A stretch of 64,000 nucleotides of DNA from Balanoglossus misakiensis (taxonomy: Eukaryota; Animalia; Hemichordata), in NCBI GenBank assembly GCA_040954595.2, contig CM082578.2, forward strand, positions 14,352,304 to 14,416,303, written 5' to 3'. Made by a program: the position numbers and the translations under genes. This document shows positions 52,001 to 64,000 of the stretch, piece after piece. Numbering within the stretch: position 1 is the stretch's first letter; every line of letters starts with the position of its first letter. The notes under the pieces are model-generated. The model had not been told where the DNA came from. It worked only from the letters and a program-made list of their open reading frames with translations, and ran no database searches.

Positions 52001-55000
52001 GTGTTAAAGAATGCCATTGCCCTTATAAGTCTATCTTTGCATGTCAGTCATTATGTCCCCCTTCTTCCTAAAACCCATGTGTGAGGACAGCATGTCATGC
52101 TTTGCCTTTTTTATCAAAATTAAAACTCTGGGCTTTGTCTGTGATACAGCTTCGTTAGGAAATTGTCCATTACAGAACAACATAGAGAGAAGTGGTTGTC
52201 TGTGGTACTGATGTGGTCCCCCCACCCAATGAGTCTTTTGCTGTCATTGGCACTGTCATTTGGTGACATACATGTATGCATCAGCAACAGCAGTCTATCT
52301 CGCACACAGGATCGGTGTCTGTAGACTGATTGTTAATGCTACAATGCATCACAGGGAACGGTGAAAGAAACTAATTTCCTGCATCGCCAACATGTCTGTT
52401 TTTCCTTCTTTTCTCTGAATAAACCCCTGCACAAAGCTCTTTTCTCCAGTTGAACATTGATTAATATGTACCTCGACAATCGCAGCCGTCATATCGATCT
52501 GAAAATACAAAATTATTGTGTGCAGGACTGAATGAATAAATGGATGAATAAATGCATTTTTTGAAAAATTCATTTATTTGTAATTATTGTTGTCTGTAAG
52601 ATAAGTGTTATTAATTTTGATTTTTTTGCAAATGCTCTACATCTGATTTGACTGTAGTGGTGCAATATTTTTAACAGGGTCAGAAAAAGTGAAAATATTG
52701 CTCTTTGGTAAGACCTGTCTACTTGCACCCAATATAGACTATCAGAATGAAGTTGTAAATTATTTTCTCACAGCTTGAATTTTTTGTTTTCGTGTATTTT
52801 TGCTATTTTGGTGCAAGGTACTGTACGCATGTGCAATTATTCCAATCGTAGTTTACAAACTACATATATGGTCATAGGACTGTTCCAATTTTATGGAACA
52901 TAGGAAATAATAGATTGACTCATGAAGTGTTCTTGAAGGCCAGTCGTGTAATCTTATGATTGAAAAGGACATTATTCATGTCATGGCTGCAGGGGTGTAG
53001 TCTTTCTACCCTTTACTGCTCCTATTTTGTACACTCGGGTATATGTACCACCGGATAAAAACATGCTCAGTGTCAATGTGCTGAAGACTACACATTGTGA
53101 CAAGATCCAGTGACTTGACAGGTTGACTTTATTGGGGATTATAAAACTTGCAGCCATATCTGACAGTCACATCTCCAAGATTAGCATTTTTCGTCTCGCA
53201 AATTGCACCTGCCAACAGTAGTCAATGCATGATTGAATTCCAAGTAAAAACATTTTTCAATTATTATGCTGACCAGCTAACGTGGCAGTCGTGCCAAGTC
53301 ATGTAGTGATCCTGACATGACTAACCTGTACAAATAACCCATTGAGTATTTATAGATTCTGAGCTGGAGGTAGTATTTAGTTTGCCCTGAGGCTGACGTG
53401 TGCCGTGGCTGTGTTGTGATGGCATAGTTTTGATATATTACATCTTTGTGTGCGTGTACATGTACACCTGCGCAGTTTGTTCCCTCTTCATTTTAGGAAG
53501 GGCTTTGTGTTACCAACTTCATTGTAAATTATTATTCCAAAGGGATATATGTGAACTCAGTTTTATGTCGGACATAAAACACTCATCCTGCCCATACCAA
53601 ATGTGGCTGATGCTTATACATGTAGTGCAACGTAACCTGTCCACATATATACCTGTGCAACACCCACATAGATTTGTAGATGTGAACACCATAATAGATT
53701 CTTACTATCATGCTAGAGTCAGTGCAGTAAAATTCCTTTTGTCAAAATAAGATTGACTTGGCTGTGTCAAAGAGTGCACCATCAGCTATTACAGCTAAGG
53801 GATCAAAAATACATTGTAAAGCTTGTCTGACAGTGTTTTTAAAAAATCTTAGTTGTCTGACGTTCTCTGCACTGATCTAACATACAAGTAAAACATGAAA
53901 CACATTTTTGATACAGTGCAAATACCACATCAGATGTTACAACATTTCACAAACCGTTTACAATATCCCATACAGAAAACATATTGTACATTTCAGAGCG
54001 GAATTAAAGCATTCCACACACAGGAATTGGTCAGTCAGGCAATTTGTTTCTAACAAAAGCAAAACAATCTTTGGCCTGTGTCTGCACTCTGGGCAGTTTA
54101 TATGGCATTCAAAAAGGAGGATAAATTGTGGAGTGCAGAGGTAATGATCTGTGTTGTGCTAGCTGCTCAGTTTACAAGCAATTGAATCTGTCCTATCAGC
54201 TGATTGGCAATCAGCCGTCTTCCGGACAGCTTCTAGGACAGCGGTCTGTCATCCGTAACCTTGGATTCTGCCAATTGTGTTAAAATGCCAAAGGCATCAA
54301 TAAGGAGATTGTCAGGAAGGTCATAACTCCTGCAGCGCAAGACAACTACTGCCAATGTGATGCCAAGACAACTTTAGAGAGAAATTGCGACTTAATGCTT
54401 TCAACAACAGGGAGATCGACAACTGGTAGAATGCATTCTTATCACGGTGCTAGGTTTATAGCCACAAATTTAAAGAGTGCAGTGATACCTCTGATGTGTG
54501 GTGACTGTGTTGGCTATGAGATGTACAGTTGCATGTTAATTTCCAAGAAGAGAGCAAATTGTGAACATTTATTTTAGCTCAGAGCCATTTGTACAGTATC
54601 ACTTGAATTGTGGTAGTTTTCTATATATTTGGCTGACGTATTGCTATGTATGATTATCCAAAGGCATATGAAGCAGCAGACTTTATCAGATCACTTTCGG
54701 TATTATTTCACATTATCTTTCTTAATTTTTTGTCTGACTGTGTGAGTGTTTGCACAAGAGCACATTTGCCATTGACATTATGCATGCATCACTTAAATGA
54801 TTAAAAGTGCAAATGTTGGACAAGCAGTGAGCAGAAGCATATAATAAGCAATTTGATTTTAATTTTTTAAGTCAACATGTTCAAATATGTATCAGTTTCT
54901 TTGCCGCAGCTGTACATTTGTTGTCAATCTGCCATTTTGCTGTCAATCAGTAAGATCAACAATTAAAGTTACATTATCCAGTTGTGAGATGAAAAAAATA

Positions 55001-58000
55001 CGTATTTGCCTGTGAGATTAACTGGAGTGTAACAGACTAAACATCTTTTGGCAACAGACTCCATATAATTCCCAGAGTTTAATATTGCTGTTGGCATTAA
55101 TAAAGACCCAGGCAATATTAAGACTTGTAGATTGACATGGGGTGGGTGTGGTGTTACTACCATCAACCTTTATCAATCGCTGTAGCTGCAATGCGCTAGC
55201 TGTACGTCGATTAAACCAGACACCATGCGAACGGTTGCGCCATTGCTGCCATGCTGATTTGCATGTGCTTAGAAAATTGGATTTCATTCATCGCCCAAAT
55301 CTCAGTTTCTATTTTGAGAGTTTTAATCTGAGATATAATCTAGTATTTAGCTGGGTTTTGTCCGCTTTTAGTATTTGAACAAAGCGGACAAAATCTGGCT
55401 AGATACTGACTATCTGAGATCATGCATCTGATATGATTTGGGTGTCAAATGCATGAGAGACATACAGAAGTATCTGTTTACACTATTTGTCCCCACTGAT
55501 GCAGTCTGGGGGAAATCAAGGTTTGGGCTCGCATAAGTTTGTCTGTCTTTAGATGTTCCTGAACCAATTTTGCTCAAACGTGGTACAAGATATACCAGTC
55601 CTATATGGCATACATGAATACCTGAAAGCACCACAAATTGTTTGATAATCGAGTATGGCTGTCTGGTAGGCATTCTGCTATAAGTTTTCACCATCATGTC
55701 CAGATCACAATATACTTAGATGTGCCAGGACCAGTTCCTTCAGGCCGTTTTCTTCATCGATTTGTCCACTATGTCATCAACAGTGACTTGCTAAAGTTCA
55801 CATAATTATTGTAAAAGATAACAAATTGCTAAATCCATTGATAAAGCAGATGGTGAAAATACCAGTTCATCTCCATATTATCAGTGGCAACGCCACATCA
55901 CTGGATGTTTTTCTGTCTCTTTTGCTTCTATAGATGTTGCCATGACTACACTATTATGAATTGAAATAAAGACTGAGATGAGAGTGGATATCTCTTGGCA
56001 TAAATGAAATGTACATGACATCCTTATTTAGCATGGCATGTGATGAGTTCAAACTGTTTTGTCAATTATTCGTCTTTGCAAACCTGAAGTAGAACTCCAT
56101 ACATCCATAAGAACATAATGGCTGCCAGTAACAGGTGCTTCACATGGCATTCTCCAAGATTTTACATAATATACCAATTGGTCCATACACAGTATTAAAT
56201 TCACAATGCAGTGTTTTAAACCACACAGCATTTGAATTGCGGGAATTCATAAATGAAATGTACATGGCGTAATTTGTCTTCCATAATTGGTCTTCCTTGA
56301 AAAGAAATTTACAGTCTGTGCATATGCGTATGCATTTGGTCTGATTTAGAAGAAAAAAATTGCCCTCAAAATTGTTATTTGATTGAGCATACTGACAAAG
56401 ATATGTGCATAAAAAGGCTTTTGTGTATTTTGGGGGCAATTTCACAAGAAGAATGAAGATTTGCAGGATTAATTGCCTGTGGATGTAAGATTAGAAGATA
56501 GTCTTTGTCTCGAGGCACCAACATGTAGTGCATATTAAAGTGGCAATGCTGCCCAAACTATAGAAATCACAGGATACACTATTAGGGTCTCTTTATTGTT
56601 AGAAAACATCAATTGCATTTCATCAGGGAGGATTTGAAATTACGTTGCGATTTCAGAATAAGGGGGAAATCAAGCTGCTTGTGTGTGACTCAATAGAATA
56701 CTAGAATAAAGTATACATAGATCACATTTCACTCAAGCACAAGCGCGGTGTGATCAGGTAGTATTTCAACGGTAAAATATTCAATTGCCAACGTCTAATG
56801 TTTGGACATACGCCAGCAATCACAAAAGCTGAGTGCTTGCTCAGCGCTTACTCACTTTGACACATGACAGAGTGTTGTGTACAAATCATGTTATACAGCC
56901 TTGCCGTGGGATAACTTCAGATTTCCGTCAGAGAAATCTAATTCCTCACCCAATGACACACAGTATGAACCATTATGTCACTGGGATTTGGAGTGGGTAT
57001 GCTCCTGTTTTTTCTTCATTATTATGGAAATGAATTCATCACTTTTTATTCAGAAACCAATGAACTGAAAATCTGGAAGATTTATCATCATTTTCAGTTC
57101 AAAATGTTCCATATATCTAAATGGGTGTCAACATCAGTGTAGACAGCTGACTGTAATGTACTCTGTGCCATGCATACATTTGTTGTGTTTATAAAAGGGA
57201 AAGTTTCTTGAAATGAATCCTCTGCCCATTTGTGTCACTTTGAACTTGACCTTGACCCGAACCAGTGTCAGTCACTTGAGTAATAGTGAAATATTTGGCT
57301 TATTAAGACTTTTCAGAAAATGAACATATCTAGGTGTAGACAAAGCCAGTAATACCTTTAAATTAATTATGTTGCCAATTGATCAAATTAAATGCCTGCG
57401 ATCATCTTATGCGCATGTGCATAATTTTGTGTTTACAAATATAATGTCAAATCCAAATGTTCTGCAAATTTTGTGTCCGGTGCATTGGACTGTCTTCGCT
57501 TCCTACCATATTTCATGCATACCGTATAAGAAGACTTTAGTTTTGTCCTGTCTTTTCACCCAATTTACTGTCTTTGCCCTATCTCTGACACAAAAACTAT
57601 GTGGTCGCCGCCATCTTGTCTGTTGTCACGAGGAACTTGTTATTGAGGAACTTGTCTGAATTCACTTTTATCTCAGATATGGTTAACATTCACCTTTATT
57701 CAGAAACGTGGCATATGTGGAGTGCCTGCACACTATAGAGTGTGATTAGAGTTTGATTTGCTTGTAAACAATCACGTTAATGGCAGCGTGCAGTTGATGG
57801 TATATTGAGTGTCAAGTATTGATAGTGAACGCTTGTCTGCAAGTACATGGCAATCACGCAAATGGCAGTGCCCCAGCGGTTTTCCATCATTGCACAATTG
57901 TGAATAGGTCCAAGGACGTGCAGAAATGCCGAGGGAAAATATAAATTGTGTTTACTGAACATTTCTCATGTTACCTGGTTCATTGGGGGAAGTTCCAAGT

Positions 58001-58982
58001 GTACAGGGAAACATCACTCCTAAAATGGAACCAATCAAATTAAGTGTGCCAGCTAGTGAGGCACGCCACACAATGCAGCCTTTGATAACAGTCCGACTTT
58101 TGTCTGAAATAGTGGTTTAATTTCTACCCCAAGATTATTGATTTGATAAATCCATTGCCTTGGAGTCAATGCAGGCCAGAGATTGCTGTAATTGATGCAA
58201 GCAGAAATGACTTTCATGATATAATGTGATTTAGCGATTACACACTGCCTCTGGCTATGTTACAGTCACAGCTCGCTGAATAGGGTCAAACAATTGCCTT
58301 TAAAATGTGTGCGCAAAGTTATTCAATCTTCACGATATCGACTAAAATAAATCCCGTTCACTGTCAAAATCTATAATTTATATGGATGGGATTAGTGGAG
58401 AGCTATTTTACGATCCAGATTCAACACTTGCATGTACAGGTTGCGTGTGGGCAGTGGTGTCATTAAATTTCATCGCTTCTATTTCTTTTGAGAAGTCATT
58501 TCATTAATTCGTTCCATTCTGTTTTGATGTTGCCAAATTCATTGTCAAATCGACCCAATTAGTCAAAGGTTAAAATTGTACTTTAAATATAACGATTCTG
58601 ACAAAATGTGATTGATATTAGTAGGACAGTAAATTTAGATGGAAGAAGGTAAAACAAATTATATTGTAAATAAAAGAAACACCAACTGAAATTGGAGGGG
58701 GGAATGAAGGGTGTAGGTTGAAATGAAAGCCATTTGGATTTTTTGTAATTCCTTTGTACCAAAAAATTCTACAGTTGCCAGAATACATGATTATCAAGGG
58801 AGTGTTTTCAATACTGCATGTCAGAAATTGGTTCAGATTTGTCATGGCAGGAATTATCCAGTGTACAGCCAGACTATTTCCTGATAGAGGGCTCCCTTCA
58901 TTCCTGATCTTTGTCTAGCTGCCATTAATAGACATGTTGAGTACACAGAAAAGTGTTCCTATTTAAAATCACCTGTTAGAAA

Positions 58983-59094
58983 ATCATGTTTGGATGTTTT
59001 ACTAAAAAAGCATAGGCAGAATTTTATTTAGGTCAGATCTCCATCTGTCTGACCTAAATTAAATTTGCCTTTGCTTTTTTTATCCAAACGTGAT
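58983..59094. repeat. ~110-bp fold-back palindrome
   Basis: atcatgtttggat...aaaaaagcataggcagaattttatttaggtcaga pairs with tctgacctaaattaaatttgcctttgctttttt..atccaaacgtgat around a 10-nt loop. Confidence 0.8.
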
Positions 59095-61712
59095 CTTGTT
59101 AATTATTTTTACCTATTCCAGATGTTCTTGTTTTTATTAATAGTTGAACCTGTTGAAAATTTTAATTTGAGTTTGCTTCTTTTCTTTTGCACCTCTTTTG
59201 CTTTGCTCAAAAATTTGAAGCATTATGTTTCTTTCCTCTCTTAGAATGGAAACACCTGACAGCATTATGTAAAAGGATCATTGGCACACTTGACCAAATG
59301 CAATTCTTTTGCATAGGCAAAGAATATAGGTTCAGTACTTTTCCCAGAATAACCAAACCCAAAGTCAGCATATACATCACTGTATATAAAATCAGCCAGA
59401 CTGAAGCTGCCCTTTAACCAATTCCCCCCCCCCCCACCAAAAAAAAAAAAAAATCAGGTATTTTTCCCAGATGCATAAAACGCTTCAATACTGCAAACAC
59501 TCTGCTGAGTGGGTTGTTAGACTCTTTTGGTACAAATTGATAAATCTAGTATGTACTTGGAGGGCCTCCTTAAGGTGAAGGGGAGATATCTCAAAATTGT
59601 CGAGCCCACCCACGAAAGTTAAGAAGCCAAAAGCCACGGCTGTAAACACTGTGAAATCAAATTGGTATGATAATATCAATGTACTGGCTTGCAGTATAGA
59701 TAAAGCGTCTTCTGAGGTGCGTGTTGGAATGACATTTTCCTTCAGAGTATAATCTGCTAAATTACGGAATCCTGATAGTGGATTAAGTTGCAGCCATGGT
59801 CTGGATGATTGCTCAGTGATATAACAATAACCAGATAAGGCTGCAGGAGATTTAAAAGCAATGAAATGTCAAAGACTTGGCAGGAAGTTTGAAAAAAGTC
59901 AACGATAATTGCTTATCTATCGGCAGTTTATTTCAGATGTTAGTTTGAACAAGACCCGCTTCACTTGAAGGAATCGTACAATCGCCCACGCTCTCCCAGC
60001 TCTCTTCACACACAGCAGTATTTGATTAAGAGATGAATATTTCAATTACGTGACCGCGCTCAGAGTAAAACTGTAGGCAAGAACTTTTATTTAAATTAAA
60101 ATGGAGGTATAAACCACTATGCAAGACATTTTTACTGGCTGGCTAGCTGTGAGAAGTGTAGAGCTGATGGTCTTCAGTAGTCTGTTTGCTGCGAACAGTT
60201 TATTCAATGTCATTCTTTTGAAAACGAGAGGTGATCAATACACCAGGCAAGCTGACATTTCTCTCAAACCAAATGTTTGCGGGAGAAATTGAACTGAATT
60301 TGATTGGTAGGCGATATAATCCCCTCCACACTGGTATTTGGTTGTGCTGTTGTGTTTGAGAGTAATGGTTGCCTCCTCGGCCATCGACTAGTTGACAACG
60401 TGTGCATGATATTGAAACTGCTAAAAAGGATATATTTGATTCCAACAATAGTGCACATAGTCTCCCCTCAGTGGCTCATAATTGCAAGAGTCCTTGAATA
60501 GGTATTTATGGCAAAAGGCATGTGTGAAATGTGCTTCACTGCATCTTGTGGGGAAAGCGATCTGGTCTGTTGTGTGGAGAGTAGATGGAAATTTCAGATA
60601 ATACTCAGATGTATTGAAAATGCCGGGCATCTTAATTGTTTTGGTGTAATATGTGAGCGACGCATTCACTGGGTAAAAATCATAAAGTCAAATATGTATT
60701 TAGTTCGGGTCGTGTTTCTGCAGGTTTCTGGAGTCAATGGTCAATAAAGTGCACAAGCTCCCCCCCTGCTAATTTTTGCAGGTAGAGCTTTGCATGACTG
60801 CCTGTATACCAGAGAGCATGTTGGCTCATGAGGACATCATATGAACATGCCAAAACAATGTGGAGAGATGATTTGTTTGTACTAGAGATAAATTTATAGA
60901 GAGCTTTTCATTTTGTTTGCTAATTCTAAGTGTCAAAGTGAACATTAAATATGATATCAATGATAAGCTGAGATATGAATTCAATGAGTATTAACAGTGT
61001 TTTGGGTTATACAGTCTAGTTTTAACTTGAAATAAAATTGAGGAAAGACCATTGGATGTTTCTTGTGTTTTTATAACCATGAAAAATTACCATTTGGGCT
61101 TTCAAATAGATGGTATAGATAAAGTTCCTATTGAAGTTGATGTGTATAGAGTTGAATAAAAGAACAGGACAGTATTGTTCGTCGGTGTCCATTTAAGTGT
61201 TGCAGAAAACATGTCACAATAATTTCAAAAGCATACGGTGGACTCGACTGCAATACATACAACGGTGAATGAATATTTGATGGTACTTTGGCCAGTTATG
61301 GACTATGGCTATGTATAGTTGTTCAAACACTGTGACACAGGTGACTTACCATTTGCTGTTGTGTCTCAGTCACCCATTTTTTTATGATATTTAGAGATGC
61401 GTGTATCAAACAATATGTGATAAAAGTTGCAATGATGATATTGGTTACAAAAGAAAAACTGATGAAAATTGTATGTGGGCTGAGAAATTACTAAATATCG
61501 GAAAAGGTGTGTGTGTGAATGTAACAATAAAAAACAGGGCTGCTTATTTATATCCATTCTGTGATATGCCATTTTATTAAAAATGTGCAGATAAATTACC
61601 ATGTCCACCTTTACACCCTGAGTTCATTTTGGATTTTTTTCCCCGAGAGAAACTGACGTTTTCATATTATATTTATATATTAATTGTGTGTATTTTTTTT
61701 TTCACTTCGTAG

Positions 61713-61802
61713 AAAGCAAGATTGGCCAAAATCCAGATCGCTAAGAATGCCAGCGGGACAGCATTTGTGGCAAAGAAGAAAGCCGCAGAGAGGCTAATGC
61801 AG
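61713..61802 (+). CDS. Shal: Kv4/Shal third coding exon (KARLAKIQIAKNASGTAFVAKKKAAERLMQ); gene continues beyond the window
   Basis: Acceptor tttttttttcacttcgtag|, donor CAG|gtaggg. 90 nt, phase 0/0. Matches the Shal proximal C-terminus KARLA.I.IAK..SG.AFV.KKKAAE. Confidence 0.93.
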
Positions 61803-64000
61803 GTAGGGCAAAATAGGATTTTCAAGAATATATGTACATAATCTGCTTCTTGCTGTTTGGGATTAAGGTATGACATTTGAGATATCTTGGCAGTAGTTGA
61901 ACATGGTACTTTTTAACGTCGATTAGATGGTTTTCCACATTTGCAAGGTTTCCTACAACAAACAATATTCTCTGACTGAGTTCACATTTGTCATGCAATA
62001 ATAAAGACTGAGGACTATCATACTTAGATAGCGTGACCAATTTCTCTATTAAATGCAATCGTGCAAATTTGAACGTGTATTGATGATGTCCACATCAACA
62101 GACACGCCCACTGCATAACCAATCAGCAGGCTGCACTTACTTCACCATATTCCAAATGTTATATCAAATGTTATACCTTACTTGCTGTTAAAATTTCATT
62201 TAAAATGTGAAGTTTCAAACTTGCATATTCCTTCGGGTGCCGTAAATATTGTGTTTAGATGGTGCAGAATTGTTTAGAAAATGCTTTTTAATTTGACATT
62301 AAAAATACTGCCCAGGATATTTTGGATGATATCTTCATTGATAAAAGATTGAGCAGCCAACTTCACAAACTGTTATATCGCAATATTTAGCAATTGTTAA
62401 ACTTGTGCAATGTATGTGGCATGTAATTGAGACTTGTATGTTGAAAACATTGTGAATATGATGAAATGGCCCTATATCTTCCAGTTTGATTCACCCAAGA
62501 CAGAAGATAATAGATACCAGGTAATATACATGATACTACTTTCCCCCTACCCATGTATAAATCTAAATGCATTCATTTGCCAATGTGTTGTGCTGAAGCC
62601 ATAAGGAACAAACATTGACAAAGACAAAGTCAGTTTGCAACTTTCATTATCTGTGTTTGGTGCACAGGATCTCACAATTTTTGACCATGTCTGTAGCTGT
62701 AGGTCCACTTTTACCAAATTTCTTCTAGGCTTGCACAGAGACATATTTATACACATTGTTCACTGCATGATACAAAGGAGCGACGTGTTCCTGAATCTGC
62801 ATAGATAAGCATGCACTTATACATTATACTTTACACAGAAAACTCAACCAAAATATACATTATTCCAACCAACCCATATGCACAGCAAGGGCTGTGTCAT
62901 CTTCAATTATCTTTTCACCTTCTGCTCTCACTGTGATCAGTTCTTGGCTGTGCCTGCAATGAATGCCATTAAAAACAGTTCCGCAGTGAAAAGACAAAAT
63001 GCTCAGCAATCAGATCACTTCCAGCTGGGATTTCTGTTATCAACAACCGTTCCTCTGATGATGATGTACAGTCACATAGCAATACATTATTGAAGTTATC
63101 AAGAATTGTGAGCTTGAGTTGTCAAATTGACTTTATTCTGGATATTAATTTCGTATTGGCTACAGTCCATGTCTGTCGTGATGTTGTCGAAGGTGGTGTT
63201 GTCTATAATTTTTTCTGTCCTGTCCACCTAAGTTACATTTAAGAATTATCATTTTTGATAAAATTTACATTGTATTATCAGTTATAAAAACTAACTTCAT
63301 GTTGCTTTTTGATGCAGTCTCCCATAAAGTATTCCCTTATAGCAACATAATGGTTACTAATTTTAAAACACAACCACTCAATGTTTCTGACAAAATATAC
63401 ATGTATGCCAACCAACCATTTCTACTGATCACATTTAAATAGTCTGATTACAGTATAAAAATTTGGATGATCGATTTTTCACAACTGAAATATTAATGAA
63501 TCATACGGACACTGATGACTCATGCATGTAATTACTAACACACACAAGAAGATATGAAAGTCTCTGTAGAAAAACCCTGGTTAAAAAAAGCAAGAATCAG
63601 CTGATTACCATAATCCAACACTTCCCTCGATATGCAGGGACACAGAATATGCCCAATTAACCAAATAGGCTATTATGCAACTCATGTCTGATGAGTGAAT
63701 AATAAATGGGCATAATTTTCTGAGTACATTTACAGACAGAAATAGCTCCGAATGATGTTACACAGGTGAATGATTTGAGCAAACATCACAAGTAGCTGAG
63801 GAGGGCCAGAGAACAGGGTAGTCTGTCTGTCTACACGCAAATCCCATGATTGAATTGGAACCGTAAATAGCAAATAAAAGCCGATGATGAAGTTAAATGT
63901 CTGCTGGGATTAAAGTAAGCCAGGGATAAATGTCGGCAGACTGATAGGAACACCACGGGTGCTAAATTTCCTTAAAAGCATTATATAATCAGAAAATGGC

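Noticed and set aside
54205-54250. REST/RE1-like ggacagc half-sites
   Set aside because: Only about 13 of 20 positions match the consensus and the left half is poor.
17846-61712. Duplicated, mutually exclusive pore exon or a nested intact gene/transposase in the Kv4 introns
   Set aside because: No second GYGD/PVP exon was seen, and no ORF with RT, DDE or other recognisable motifs. The intronic ORFs are short with non-coding composition.

Overview
AT-rich animal genomic DNA, probably a marine invertebrate; the Kv4 protein is Shal-like rather than vertebrate KCND1-3-like. The window holds two spliced + strand genes in tandem. (1) The 3' part of GRIPAP1/GRASP-1: nine coding exons from 1 to 8021, all GT-AG and phase-consistent, then a ~3 kb 3' UTR ending at paired AATAAA signals near 11.0 kb. 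(2) A Kv4/Shal (KCND) A-type potassium channel gene: coding exons 16737-17845, 45405-45567 and 61713-61802, separated by 27.6 kb and 16.1 kb introns, continuing beyond the window. A 1.18 kb PIF/Harbinger-type non-autonomous element (perfect TIRs, TTA target duplication) lies between the genes, and several fold-back elements lie in the Kv4 introns. The most notable observations are four. The GRIPAP1->KCND order matches human GRIPAP1->KCND1. A candidate 15-nt terminal exon would give a truncated Kv4 ending in the PDZ ligand ESTV, with its stop codon supplied by a fold-back element. A fold-back arm comparison shows TA replaced by TACATGTA, suggesting this strongly over-represented motif is a transposon excision footprint. 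The Kv4 N-terminal KChIP-binding motif is substituted. Nearly all short ORFs in the track are non-coding noise. All alignments and counts were made by eye.
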